A stretch of DNA of 64,000 nucleotides from an uncultured Actinomycetota bacterium (GCA_963834965.1 CAWIEI010000002.1:27359-91358); one strand, 5' to 3'. Shown: positions 19,088 to 29,222, numbered from the stretch's first letter. Translations and numbers: made by a program. Notes: a model not told the origin generated them from the letters alone.

Positions 19088-19986
19088 GCGACGGCCTCCT
19101 GGTAGGGGCGGGCACGTCCCTCGATGATCGAGACGTACTCGTCCATCCTCCGTCGGCCCGTCTCGGACAGGAACTTCACTCGTTCGTCGTGACCCATGGC
19201 CACCGCCTCCTTCCAGATGGCGCGCCCGGCGATGAAGCCGCTGGCCCCGCCCTCGTCGCAGCTGATCCGCAGCACCCTGGCGAACTCGTCGGAGGACACC
19301 CCGGCCGAGAGCACGGCCCACGGGACGGTCAGGCGCGAGGCGAGCCGCCGGCAGGCCTCCGGGCTGCCCGGATACTCGAGCTTGAGCAGGCTCGGTGTGA
19401 GGTCGTCGATGAGCACGGCGGCCTCGATGATCGCGTCGGCGCGGGCCTCGGGGGAGAGCGGGGCCTCGTCGCGCAGGGGGTAGATGAGGTTCTCGATGAT
19501 GGACGGGACGTTCTCGGCGGCGCAGTCGGCGACGAGGGCCCTCATGGCGGCGACGGCCTCGGCCGTGAGATCGCGGCCGTCGTCGCCGACCGGGCGGTCG
19601 GCCCGCACCTGGGCGAGGAACTTCATCCCGTCGGCGCCGCTGTCGCGCACCCATGCCGCGCCCTGGGCCGGGTCGAGCGTGACGGTCGGTTCACCGAGAT
19701 GCGTTCCGCGAGAGCCAGGTTCAGCAGCCAGGAGCAGGCCGTAGGGCGGGACGCCCTCGACCCGGTGCGCGGCCGGGAGGCCGAAGGTGGGGTCGACGAG
19801 GAACGCCGACGCGCTCCCCGCCAGTGAGGCGATCATGTCGCGCTTCATCGCGATGATCTCCTCGTCGGTGGTGTCGGGAAGGTCGACGGCGGCGAGCATC
19901 CGCTTCAGGGTTCCGCGCTGGTCCATCGCGAGGACGGCGAACGTGCCCGCTGACGTGGCGATCGCGTCGAGTCCGGTTGACGTCAT
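19084..19986 (-). CDS. Class I aldolase, LacD/YihT family
   Basis: FAVLAMDQRG, Schiff-base LKLEYP, WAVLSAG, GFIAGRAIW. Confidence 0.88.
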   Translation of the reverse strand: MTSTGLDAIATSAGTFAVLAMDQRGTLKRMLAAVDLPDTTDEEIIAMKRDMIASLAGSASAFLVDPTFGLPAAHRVEGVPPYGLLLAAEPGSRGTHLGEPTVTLDPAQGAAWVRDSGADGMKFLAQVRADRPVGDDGRDLTAEAVAAMRALVADCAAENVPSIIENLIYPLRDEAPLSPEARADAIIEAAVLIDDLTPSLLKLEYPGSPEACRRLASRLTVPWAVLSAGVSSDEFARVLRISCDEGGASGFIAGRAIWKEAVAMGHDERVKFLSETGRRRMDEYVSIIEGRARPYQEAVA

Positions 19987-19999
19987 GGGGGGTGGCCTC

Positions 20000-21439
20000 C
20001 TAAGCCGAGGGTGGTGCGTGGCCCGCGGAGACCGTCTCCGCGACCGAGGTGAAGTAGGCGGCTGGGGGCCGCACGTCGCTGCTGGTGGAGCCGCCCCTGG
20101 TGGCAGCCCATCGCCCGTAGAGCGCCGCGCCACGAGGGCCCGGCTGCGAGATGGCGGCGACCTCGACCCGGGGCGCCAGAGAACGGCGCGCGTCGAGGAC
20201 CGACGGCATCCGGCTCCAGCCACCCGCGAGGACGAGGCGCTCGATGGGCACCCCGGCGTCGCCGAGGTGCGAGAGCAGGTCGGCGGCGTGCGCCGTGCTG
20301 TGGTCCAGCGCCGCGCGCCAGACCTTCCCCGGGGTCGGCGAGTCGCCGCGCAGGTGCACGGTCACCTCTGAGTCCGACATCGAGAAGCCTGAGATGCCGA
20401 TGTCGCCGCTGCGCTCGCCCTGGTGGGCCAGCGACTCGCGGTCGACCCGGCTGCGGCCGTCCTCGTCGTCCGCGCCGAGCAGGCGCAGCACGCGCTTGAG
20501 GACCAGCCCGGTGCGCATCCCGGCCAGCAGGCCGGTGGTGCCGTGCACGACATGGGGGTACACCGAGACGCCGTTGCGGCACAGCCGGCGCACGGCCTCG
20601 GGTTCGGGCACGTGGTTGCTGGCGACGAGGAAGGCCTCGGCGGTGCCGAAGCTGTCCATGGCGGATGCCGTGGCGGACGCGCCGGCTGCCGCCGCGGCGA
20701 CGGCGTGGTCGTGCCCGGCCACGGTGAGCACCGCGCCGCGAGCGGCCGGCACCGGGTGGTCGGGCCGGACCCGACCGGCGGGGGTGCCGGCACCGACGAG
20801 CTCGGGGACGAGCTCGGCACCGACGCCGAGGTGGGCCAGCGCCGGCAGGTAGGGGGCGTTCGTGTGGATGTCGAGGAAGCCGGTGCGGCCCATCAGCGAC
20901 AGCTCGGCCACCCGACGGCCACCGAGGCTGGCGATGACGTACTCCGGGAGCGAGAGCCACTGCATGCCTGCCAGCGAGAAGCCGGCGTCGCGCAGCCAGG
21001 CGATCTTGAACAGCGAGGCGACGTGGCTGACCCGCAGCCCGGTGCGCGCCGGGAAGTCGTGGGCGAGCTCGGCCGGCAGGGCGGCGACCTGGTCGGTGCC
21101 GCGCGGGTCGAACCAGGCGATGACGGGGGAACGTGGCACCCCGTCGGCGTCGACGAGCACCCCGGACTCGGCCATCGAGGTGAACCCGATGGACCGGATG
21201 TCGAGGGGGCCGTGCCGGCCGTTGCTGCTGCCGACGGTCGTGGCCGCCCGCGCAAGGAGGTCCTCGACCGCGGCCACGACGGCCCTGGGGTCGCGCTCGG
21301 CGCGCCCGTCGCCGAGCTCGTCCCACGTCGTGGCGACGGACAGGTCGACGAGCTTGGTGCCGTCGTCGGCCAGCGCCGTCAGCTTGGTGACGGTGGTGCC
21401 GAGGTCCAGGCCGAGGTCGACGACGAGGGGGTGCATCAC
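20000..21439 (-). CDS. FGGY-family carbohydrate kinase
   Basis: GLDLGTT, IAWFDPR, AGHDH, SFGTAE, AGGWSR. Confidence 0.9.
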   Translation of the reverse strand: MMHPLVVDLGLDLGTTVTKLTALADDGTKLVDLSVATTWDELGDGRAERDPRAVVAAVEDLLARAATTVGSSNGRHGPLDIRSIGFTSMAESGVLVDADGVPRSPVIAWFDPRGTDQVAALPAELAHDFPARTGLRVSHVASLFKIAWLRDAGFSLAGMQWLSLPEYVIASLGGRRVAELSLMGRTGFLDIHTNAPYLPALAHLGVGAELVPELVGAGTPAGRVRPDHPVPAARGAVLTVAGHDHAVAAAAAGASATASAMDSFGTAEAFLVASNHVPEPEAVRRLCRNGVSVYPHVVHGTTGLLAGMRTGLVLKRVLRLLGADDEDGRSRVDRESLAHQGERSGDIGISGFSMSDSEVTVHLRGDSPTPGKVWRAALDHSTAHAADLLSHLGDAGVPIERLVLAGGWSRMPSVLDARRSLAPRVEVAAISQPGPRGAALYGRWAATRGGSTSSDVRPPAAYFTSVAETVSAGHAPPSA

Positions 21440-22446
21440 GACGAGACCCTCCGTGGTGGCAGCTCACCGGAGCCGCGCTGGATCAGCCGGGTGGGCAGCA
21501 CGGTCTCGACCACCGGTGAGTGGGGGTTGTCGAGCCGCCGGGCGAGGTGGTCGAACGCCGCGTGGGCGAGGGCGGTGGGGCGCTGGTCGACGACGGTGGT
21601 GGGGGGCGTCATCAGCTCGGCGAGGGGGAAGTCGCCGAAGACGACCACGGCGATGTCCTGTCGGTCGAGGCGCTTCAGTGCGCGCAGCACGCCGAGGCCC
21701 ACGAGGGGGGTCGACGCGAAGACGGCGGTCGGCCCGTCGGCGGGAGCGAGCATCGCCATGGCGAGGGGGTAGGCCACCTCGCTGTTCCAGCAGCGGGTCT
21801 CCACCAGCTGGGGCTCCACCGTGAGGCCGGCTCCCACCAGTGCGTCGGTGTAGCCGGCGAGGCGGTCCTGCACGGTGGTGAACTCCTCGGTCTCGCCGAG
21901 GAAGGCGATGTGGGTGTGGCCGTGGGCGATGAGGTGGCGCACCGCCTCGACGGCACCCTCGTGGTCGGTCACCCGGACGACGTCCTTGTCGTCGATGCCG
22001 CACCGGCGGTCGATGACGACGACGGGGATGTTGTCGGGCAGGGCGGCCCGTGCGGTCTCCTCGTCGCCGAAGGGAGCGACCAGCAGGGCGGCCACCCCGC
22101 GCCGCACGAGCCGCTCGACCTGGGTGCGGGCGCGGGTGTCGTCCATGCCGGTCGAGGCGACGAGCACGTCCATCCCCATCTCCTGGGCACGGCGCTCGGT
22201 GACCGCGATGACCTCGCCGAAGAAGGGGTCGTTGAGCGAGTCGACGACCACGCCGATGGTGGGTAGCCGCCCGCCGCCGAGCCGCTGTGCCGCCGGGTTG
22301 GGGTGGTAGTCGAGCGCCTTGATGGTGGCCTGCACCTTGGCCACGGTCTCGGCGCGCACCCCGTTCGCCCCGTTGATGACGCGCGACACGGTCTTGATCG
22401 AGAAGCCCGACTCGCGGGCCACGTCGTAGATGGTGGGCTCGCTCAC
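21436..22446 (-). CDS. LacI-family transcriptional regulator
   Basis: TIYDVARESGFSIKTVSRVIN HTH; YHPN hinge. Confidence 0.93.
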   Translation of the reverse strand: MSEPTIYDVARESGFSIKTVSRVINGANGVRAETVAKVQATIKALDYHPNPAAQRLGGGRLPTIGVVVDSLNDPFFGEVIAVTERRAQEMGMDVLVASTGMDDTRARTQVERLVRRGVAALLVAPFGDEETARAALPDNIPVVVIDRRCGIDDKDVVRVTDHEGAVEAVRHLIAHGHTHIAFLGETEEFTTVQDRLAGYTDALVGAGLTVEPQLVETRCWNSEVAYPLAMAMLAPADGPTAVFASTPLVGLGVLRALKRLDRQDIAVVVFGDFPLAELMTPPTTVVDQRPTALAHAAFDHLARRLDNPHSPVVETVLPTRLIQRGSGELPPRRVSS

Positions 22447-23399
22447 GCCGGCACCCCCTGGGCCAGGCGCTGCAGCAGGCCGTCGACCAGCGTGGCGTCG
22501 AGCATGCCGCCGCGCTCGTGCTGCACCGCGGCGGCTGCGACCGCCATCCCGTGTCGCACGGCGTCGACGTCGCGCGCGCCGCCGGCCAGCGCGTGGGCGG
22601 TGCCGGCCAGGAAGGAGTCGCCGGCCCCGATCGGGTTGGCCACCGGCACGCGTACCGCGTCGATCCACCAGGTGCCCTCGGCGGTGCTGAGGGCGGCGCC
22701 GTGCGAGCCGGCGGTGACGACCGCGCGGCGGGCGCCTCGGGCGTGCAGCTCGCGGGCCGCCGTCGTGCACCGGTCGGCGAGGTCGTCGCCCTCTTCCTCG
22801 ACGTGCTCGTCGGCCCGGCCGAGGAGCAGCGCCTCCACCTCCCCGACGTTGGGGCTGACCAGGTCCGGGCCGCTGGGCAGGGTGGCGGCGAGCACGGCGG
22901 GCGCGGCGTCGACGTAGGCCGGCACCCCTCGGGCGTGGGCCGCCCGGACCACGTCGGCGTACAGGGTGGGCGGGACGTCGGGAGGCAGGGAGCCGGAGCA
23001 GAGCACCGCGGCGGGTGCCGTGCGGTGCACCTGCTGGGTGATGGTCGCGAGCAGCTCGTCGCGGTCCCACTCGTCGGGCTCGGGGCCACGCCCGTTCACG
23101 ACGGTGACCCGGCCGGCATCCTCGAGGAGGATCAACGCCAGGCGGCTCTGGCCTCGGTGGTGCACGGGGACGAAGTCGCAGCCCTCCGCAGCGAGCAGGT
23201 CCGCCAGACGGGGGTCGGAGGCCGGGGTGAGGCCGATGAGGCGGGGACGGTCACCGAGGGCGCGCAGCGTGCGGCAGACGTTGACGCCCTTGCCGCCGGC
23301 AGTGACCTCGGTGCGGGTCGCGCGGCTGACCGAGCCGGGTAGGAGGGTGGCGAGCCACGTGGTCACGTCGATGCAGGTGTTGGGGGTGACGACGAGCAT
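22443..23399 (-). CDS. 1-phosphofructokinase/LacC-family kinase (PfkB)
   Basis: AGGKGVNV, CSGSLPP, NPIGAGDSF. Confidence 0.9.
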   Translation of the reverse strand: MLVVTPNTCIDVTTWLATLLPGSVSRATRTEVTAGGKGVNVCRTLRALGDRPRLIGLTPASDPRLADLLAAEGCDFVPVHHRGQSRLALILLEDAGRVTVVNGRGPEPDEWDRDELLATITQQVHRTAPAAVLCSGSLPPDVPPTLYADVVRAAHARGVPAYVDAAPAVLAATLPSGPDLVSPNVGEVEALLLGRADEHVEEEGDDLADRCTTAARELHARGARRAVVTAGSHGAALSTAEGTWWIDAVRVPVANPIGAGDSFLAGTAHALAGGARDVDAVRHGMAVAAAAVQHERGGMLDATLVDGLLQRLAQGVPA

Positions 23400-23420
23400 C
23401 GCGGGCCTCCTCGCCCAATA

Positions 23421-23500
23421 GACAGCGCTGTCAAGAGCAGATGCACTCTTGCTCGGATGCCTTTCTCCGACTAACGTAAGACCCCATGACAGCGCTGTCA
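23421..23500. promoter_or_regulatory. Two LacI-type operators in the divergent promoter region
   Basis: GACAGCGCTGTC at 23421-23432 and TGACAGCGCTGTCA at 23487-23500; CG-centred palindromes. Confidence 0.85.
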
Positions 23501-24523
23501 ATACCCCAGGTCCCCACCGCCGCCACCGTCGGGCTGCACCGCCGGATGTCGCGCATCACCGACGACGCGGGCCGAATCCGCACGATCGCCATCGACCACC
23601 CCGACAACTACCTGCTGCTCTTCGACGACGACCTCAGCAAGGTCTCGTTCGAGGAGGTCGTCGAGTCCAAGCTGGAGATGATCGCCGAGCTCTCGAAGCA
23701 CGCCACGTCGGTGCTGGCCGACCCGGTCTACTGCTTCGGCCAGAGCATCGTCACCCGTGCCCTGCCCGGGGACGTCGGAGTCATCTCGGGCCTGGAGGAC
23801 CTCTACTACACGCCGGCCACGAGCCCGGTGGGGTTCGACACCGCGCTTCGGCTCAAGGAGGGCTGGGGGCCGGCCAAGCTGTCGGCGCTCGGCGCCGACG
23901 CCGCCAAGCTCGTCGTCTTCCACCGTGCCGACGGCGACGCCGCGGAGGTCGCGCACCAGCACGAGGTCGTGGCGCAGGCGGCGGCCGACTGTCACGCCGT
24001 CGGTCTGCCGCTCATCGTCGAGCCGCTGTGGTTCCCGGTGGCCGGTGAGTCGATGGACGACCCGGTGGTGCGAGAACGCCGCCGCCGCAGCGTGATCGCC
24101 TCGGCCCGCAGCTTCCACGACGTGGGCACCGACATCATGAAGGTCGAGTTCCCGCTGCTCGACCTCACCGACCTCGACGCGTGCCACCAGGCGTGTGCCG
24201 ACCTCGACGGGGCCATCGACGGGCCGTGGGTGCTGCTCAGTGCCGGCGTGACCTTCGAGGGCTTCCGCACCCAGGTCGACGTCGCCGCCGACCACGGCTG
24301 TAGCGGGTTCATGGCCGGTAGAGCCATCTGGGGTGACGCCGTGGGTCGGCTGGATGCCGGGCAGCGTTCTGCGGGAGCCGCACTGGCGGCCCGCCGGCTC
24401 GACGAGCTCGCCGAGGTGCTGCACGGGCGCGGCGCCCCCGCCTGGACCCCGGTGCCGATGGCCGACGCCGCGTCGGTGGTCGGCCCGACCTGGTACCGCT
24501 CGTACGGCGTCACCGGCGAGTGA
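23486..24523 (+). CDS. Second LacD-family class I aldolase (divergent)
   Basis: IAIDH, IMKVEFP, WVLLSAG, GFMAGRAIW. Confidence 0.85.
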   Translation: MTALSIPQVPTAATVGLHRRMSRITDDAGRIRTIAIDHPDNYLLLFDDDLSKVSFEEVVESKLEMIAELSKHATSVLADPVYCFGQSIVTRALPGDVGVISGLEDLYYTPATSPVGFDTALRLKEGWGPAKLSALGADAAKLVVFHRADGDAAEVAHQHEVVAQAAADCHAVGLPLIVEPLWFPVAGESMDDPVVRERRRRSVIASARSFHDVGTDIMKVEFPLLDLTDLDACHQACADLDGAIDGPWVLLSAGVTFEGFRTQVDVAADHGCSGFMAGRAIWGDAVGRLDAGQRSAGAALAARRLDELAEVLHGRGAPAWTPVPMADAASVVGPTWYRSYGVTGE

Positions 24524-24524
24524 C

Positions 24525-25085
24525 GTGGGGGGCACGCTCGTCTGCGTCGGCGGGGCCCCGGGTTCCGGCAAGACGACCGTCGGCAGGCTCGTCGCTGCCG
24601 CCGGGGAGCTCTGCCTGGTCGACCTCGACAGCGTGACGACCGCGCTGGTCGAGGCGTTCGCCGTCTCGCTCGGCACCGTGGCCGACCTGGACTCCCCTCG
24701 CTTCGCCGCGCTGCGCGGCGCGCGCTACGCGTGCCTGGGTGCGGTCGTCAGCGACAACCTCCGGGCCGGTCGCGACGTGCTCGCCGTCGCGCCCTTCACG
24801 AGCGAGGCGGCGGATGCCGTCGCCTGGCGCGCGCTCGGGCGCACCTGGGGTGCCACCCGGGTGGTGCTGTGCTGGCTCGACCTCGACCCGTCGGTCGCAG
24901 CCGCCCGCGCAGCCTCCCGGGGGCTGCCACGCGACCTGGCGAAGGCGCGGCGGGCCAGCGGTTGGCCGGCCGGCTCGGGCGAGCAGCCGGCATCCGCGCT
25001 CGTCGACCGGGAGGGCGTCGACCTGGTGCTCGAGGGGTCGAGGGGGTCCGAGGCGGCCGCCGCTGCCGTCCTGGCGGTGGCGTGA
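24525..25085 (+). CDS. P-loop (AAA_33-like) small kinase
   Basis: GAPGSGKTT; RAASRGLPRDLAK lid-like motif. Confidence 0.75.
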   Translation: MGGTLVCVGGAPGSGKTTVGRLVAAAGELCLVDLDSVTTALVEAFAVSLGTVADLDSPRFAALRGARYACLGAVVSDNLRAGRDVLAVAPFTSEAADAVAWRALGRTWGATRVVLCWLDLDPSVAAARAASRGLPRDLAKARRASGWPAGSGEQPASALVDREGVDLVLEGSRGSEAAAAAVLAVA

Positions 25086-25101
25086 AGGGCACAATGCCCC
25101 C

Positions 25102-25968
25102 ATGAGCGAGGATGCCGCCGCCGTCGACCGGGCCCAGCGCGTGCTGGAGGAGGGGATCTCGACCGACTTCGCGCAGGCGATGTCGTACGGCGCCTACCTC
25201 GACCTCGACACCCTGCTGTCGGCGCAGCACCCGCGCAGCCAGCCGGTGCAGCACGACGAGCTGCTCTTCATCGTGCAGCACCAGGTGGCCGAGCTGTGGC
25301 TGAAGCTGCTGCTGCACGAGCTGCACTCGGCCCGTGCGCTGGTCGCCGCCGACGAGCTCTCGCCGGCGCTGAAGCGGCTGGCCCGGGTGAAGCACGTGCA
25401 GAAGCAGCTCGTCGAGCAGTGGGACGTGCTGGCCACGCTCACTCCGAGCGAGTACGCGCTGATCCGGCCGTTCCTCGCGACGAGCTCGGGCTTCCAGAGC
25501 CACCAGTACCGCGCGGTCGAGTTCCTGCTCGGCAACAAGAACGCCGACATGGTGCGGGTGTTCGAGCACTCACCGGCCGAGCACGACTCGCTGCAGCGGC
25601 TGCTCGGGGAGCCCACGCTCTACGACGAGTTCCTGCGCTACCTGGCCCGTCGGGGGTACGCCGTGCCGGCGGCGGTGCTCGAGCGCGACGTGACCAAGCC
25701 CTACCGGCTCGACGACGACCTGGTGGAGGTGTTCGCGTCGGTCTACGCCGCCCCGGCCGAGCACTGGGGCGTCTACGAGACCTGCGAAGAGCTCGTCGAC
25801 ATCGAGGACCTGTTCCAGCAGTGGCGTTTTCGCCACCTGCAGGTGGTGTCGCGCACCATCGGCCACAAGCAGGGGACGGGAGGCTCGAGCGGGGTCGACT
25901 TCCTGCGCCGAGCCCTCGACCTCACCTTCTTCCCCGAGCTCTACGCGGTGCGCGTCCACGTGGAGTGA
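25102..25968 (+). CDS. kynA: Tryptophan 2,3-dioxygenase
   Basis: HDELLFIVQHQVAELW, SSGFQS, GTGGSSG. Confidence 0.95.
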   Translation: MSEDAAAVDRAQRVLEEGISTDFAQAMSYGAYLDLDTLLSAQHPRSQPVQHDELLFIVQHQVAELWLKLLLHELHSARALVAADELSPALKRLARVKHVQKQLVEQWDVLATLTPSEYALIRPFLATSSGFQSHQYRAVEFLLGNKNADMVRVFEHSPAEHDSLQRLLGEPTLYDEFLRYLARRGYAVPAAVLERDVTKPYRLDDDLVEVFASVYAAPAEHWGVYETCEELVDIEDLFQQWRFRHLQVVSRTIGHKQGTGGSSGVDFLRRALDLTFFPELYAVRVHVE

Positions 25969-25996
25969 CTGCGAACCGAGCACACGACTCCGCCGA

Positions 25997-26194
25997 TCAG
26001 CCGTGGGCCCAGGTCATGACCCCGCTGTGGTCCGGCGGCGGGCTCGTGGCGATGCTGTTGACGCTGCTGGCAGGCACGACCGTCTCCCACGTGCGCGCCC
26101 GCACGCCCCAGCACACGAAGTTGTCGTCGATCGGGCCGCCGTGGTACCGCCACCACAGGGAGGAAGCTTGGCTCCCGCTGATGGTGTCGATCAC
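25997..26194 (-). CDS. Possible small ORF or gene remnant
   Basis: High-GC3 frame VIDTISGSQ...WAHG in an otherwise empty gap; no family recognised. Confidence 0.3.
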   Translation of the reverse strand: MIDTISGSQASSLWWRYHGGPIDDNFVCWGVRARTWETVVPASSVNSIATSPPPDHSGVMTWAHG

Positions 26195-26294
26195 GCCGGG
26201 TGGCTGATCGTCACGAGGGGGGCGGAGGTGCATTCGTCTGACGTCCGGTACGGTCGACCCTCAGCCCGAGCCGTGCCACCACCGAGAGACAGAG

Positions 26295-27242
26295 ATGCCC
26301 CACGCGCCGTCCTCACCGACCATCGCCGCGATCGTGCCGTGCTACAACGAGGAGGTCGCGGTCGGCAAGGTCGTGGCCGGCCTCAAGGCCTCGGTACCCA
26401 CGGCCACGGTCTACGTCTACGACAACGCCAGCACCGACGGAACCTGCCGGGAGGCGCTCGCGGCCGGAGCCATCGTTCGCTCCGAGCCGTTGAAGGGCAA
26501 GGGAAACGTCATCCGTCGCGCCCTCGCCGATGTGGAGGCGGACGTCTACCTCATGGTCGACGGTGACGACACGTATGACGCCGGCGCGGCCCCTGCGATG
26601 ATCCGGCTGCTCACGGACGGACCGTTGGACATGGTGACCGGTGTGCGCGTACCCAGTCACGACGGCGCCTACCGTTCTGGGCACGAGATGGGAAACCGGT
26701 TCTTCAACAGGGTCGTCTCGGCCATCTTCGGTTACCCGGTGAACGACATGTTGAGTGGCTACCGCGTGCTCTCCCGGCGGTTCGTCAAGTCGTTCCCGGC
26801 GACGTCGCGTGCGTTCGAGATCGAGACCGAGCTGACCGTCCACGCGGTGAACAACCGGGTGCCGCAAGCCGAGCTGGCCGTCGGGTTCCAGGACCGCGGC
26901 GAGGGGTCGGAGAGCAAGCTGCGTACGTACCACGATGGGTTCCGCATCCTGGCCATGATCGCTCGACTGCTTCACCATGAGCGGCCCCTTGCCCTGTACT
27001 TCTTCCTCGGGGGGCTCCTCGCGTTGATCGCGACGGGCCTGGGTGTGCCCGTGATCCTGGAGTACTTCGACACCGGACTCGTGCTGCGCTTCCCCACCGC
27101 GATCCTGGCGGCGTCGATGGTCCTCCTGGCAACCGTGGTCGGCCTGATCGGCATCCTGCTGGATGGGCTGCGAAAGGTCCGCGCGGACAGCACGCGAATC
27201 GCCTACATGAGCATCCCGGCCGTCAGGTCCGTCGCCGACTGA
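26295..27242 (+). CDS. GT2 glycosyltransferase (polyprenol-phosphate sugar synthase/GtrB-like)
   Basis: PCYNEE, DNASTD, DGDDTY, DMLSGYR; two C-terminal TM helices. Confidence 0.9.
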   Translation: MPHAPSSPTIAAIVPCYNEEVAVGKVVAGLKASVPTATVYVYDNASTDGTCREALAAGAIVRSEPLKGKGNVIRRALADVEADVYLMVDGDDTYDAGAAPAMIRLLTDGPLDMVTGVRVPSHDGAYRSGHEMGNRFFNRVVSAIFGYPVNDMLSGYRVLSRRFVKSFPATSRAFEIETELTVHAVNNRVPQAELAVGFQDRGEGSESKLRTYHDGFRILAMIARLLHHERPLALYFFLGGLLALIATGLGVPVILEYFDTGLVLRFPTAILAASMVLLATVVGLIGILLDGLRKVRADSTRIAYMSIPAVRSVAD

Positions 27243-27394
27243 GGATCCTGCGCGTCGTGGGCGAAGCGTCCTGAGCCTCCCGCAGGGCGGGTCGTCACCT
27301 GACCTGTGGAATGGGGGTCACGGTGTGAGCCCGTCGGTGGGTCCAGGGCTGAAGACAGCTGACGACCTCGCCCTCCCGGGCGCCCGAGGCTGGA

Positions 27395-29092
27395 TCACGT
27401 GCCCGCGCCCACCCAGGTTGCCGGGCAGAGCTTGCGTAGCTGCACGATCGTGCGCACCGGCACACAGTCCGCCACGTTCAGCTGCAGCCCCAGGTGCTGG
27501 CGCACGCGCTCCACCCCCGCGGGCGTGACGCCGCTGTAGCCCTCGATGAGGTAGATGTGCGGGGCCACTGCCAGTTCCTCCCGCTTGAGGCGGTCCAGGA
27601 GGGGCGTGTCGTAGAACCACGGATGTATGACGTGGCGCCGAACGCCGTCCGGCAGGTAGGTGAGCAGGAAGCTGCTCGGCGCGCTGCCGGCGTCCGAGAT
27701 GACGACGGAGCCCTTCGGCACCGCCTGCAGGGGGGCTGCCTGCACCTCGAAGCGCGTGGGAGCGAACGGGCGGTGCAGGTACGGCCCCACATTGATGAGG
27801 GGGACCATGCCGACCGCGAGCAACGTCCCGGCGAGGACCACGGCAACCGGCCGGCGCAGCAGCCACAGCAGGCACAGCACGAGCACTGGTCCGACCAGCA
27901 GCTCGCTCGTGACCGCGTAGCGGGCGATGCCGAACTGCACGAGCCACGCCACGCTGGACGTGACGAAGAAGAGCGCCAGGATGCCAACGGCGGTGCGATG
28001 GGTCGCGTCGACGCTGCGGTTGTCAGCGAGCGCCGGCTGGGGCTGCTGGGCCCGCCGGCGAACCGTGGCGCGTGCCACGCCGGCGACCAGGGCCAGTGCC
28101 AGCAGCCCGCAGAGAAGCAGCCAACGAGGGTCCTTGAGCGGGACGTCGAGGAGCCGCCGGGTGCCTTGAGCCATGTAGAGGGGGTACTGCAGCGCGTCAA
28201 GGATGCCATGCGGACCGAACCGCGCGTCGCGCAGGTTGTTGGTCCCCCAGTACTGCGAGTGGAAGATGCCGTTGTAGTAGGGGAAGACCGGGTTGCCCGT
28301 GGCTCGCCACACCTCCCAGAACCACCACCCGGCCGAGGCCGCGACGCCGACGACGACACCGACGGCGTGCGTGAGGACGAGGACGGCATTCCGCTGACGG
28401 ACGGCCAGGTAGACCACGCTCAACCCCAGGGCGAGCGTGTAGGTCGCCATCGTGAGCTTCGCCCCGACGGCCACGCCGGAGAGCACGCCGGCCAGGGCAC
28501 AGGTCAGGGCCGGCCGCTGAGCGGCGACGGCCCGAAGGACGAGGAGCAGGGCACCCAGCATGGGGATGCTGACGATGACGTCGGCAAGGCTCATGCCCAG
28601 CTCGGTCCGGAACACCACGCCCGTTCCGGCCAGCACCATCGAGACGCAGGACAGCACCACGGCCCACCAGCCGGAGACGCTGGCCGGCAACAGCCGCAGC
28701 GTGATGCGCCGGACCAGCACGAGATTCAGCCCGGCGACCATGGCGATCGCGAAGGTCGCCGGCAGCGGCGCCAGGAAGCGCTCTAGGGCATACCACGGCA
28801 GCTGGGCCAGCGGGTTGACATAGCGGTTCGTGAACGGCTCGGGGTCGACCTGACCTATGCCGCCGTGCCAGATCAGCCAAGGGTAGAAGTAGTGGTAGTT
28901 GAGCAGGTCGAACGAGACGTCCTCGCCCCGGCTCAGTGGGAGGACGCCGCACGCGAGCACAGCGATCACCTCGAGGACCACGCCGACGAGGGCCTGCGCC
29001 GGACGCCGACGAGGCACGACCTCCTCGGCCGGCGCCTGGGGCGCCTGCGCCACGGCGGTGGCTCTCTCGGTCCGCCCCAGAACCTCGCGCAT
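27395..29092 (-). CDS. Multi-TM membrane protein, probable GT-C glycosyltransferase
   Basis: DLLNYH in the first loop; GAKLT and GNPVFPYYN motifs; many TM helices. Confidence 0.65.
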   Translation of the reverse strand: MREVLGRTERATAVAQAPQAPAEEVVPRRRPAQALVGVVLEVIAVLACGVLPLSRGEDVSFDLLNYHYFYPWLIWHGGIGQVDPEPFTNRYVNPLAQLPWYALERFLAPLPATFAIAMVAGLNLVLVRRITLRLLPASVSGWWAVVLSCVSMVLAGTGVVFRTELGMSLADVIVSIPMLGALLLVLRAVAAQRPALTCALAGVLSGVAVGAKLTMATYTLALGLSVVYLAVRQRNAVLVLTHAVGVVVGVAASAGWWFWEVWRATGNPVFPYYNGIFHSQYWGTNNLRDARFGPHGILDALQYPLYMAQGTRRLLDVPLKDPRWLLLCGLLALALVAGVARATVRRRAQQPQPALADNRSVDATHRTAVGILALFFVTSSVAWLVQFGIARYAVTSELLVGPVLVLCLLWLLRRPVAVVLAGTLLAVGMVPLINVGPYLHRPFAPTRFEVQAAPLQAVPKGSVVISDAGSAPSSFLLTYLPDGVRRHVIHPWFYDTPLLDRLKREELAVAPHIYLIEGYSGVTPAGVERVRQHLGLQLNVADCVPVRTIVQLRKLCPATWVGAGT

Positions 29093-29222
29093 GCAGGGAC
29101 TCTAGTGCGCGCAGATGACGGCGCTGCGCATCGGCGTGCCTCACGCAGCCGCGCACGTCGGCGGCGCGCAGCGCGCGAGGCGTTACCGTCGGACGTCACG
29201 CGCCTTTCGGCATACTCGGCGC

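Noticed and set aside
19084-24523. Sulfoglycolysis (sulfo-EMP) assignment from the YihT-like aldolase
   Set aside because: No sulfoquinovosidase, isomerase or sulfolactaldehyde reductase lies in the cluster, so the substrate cannot be assigned
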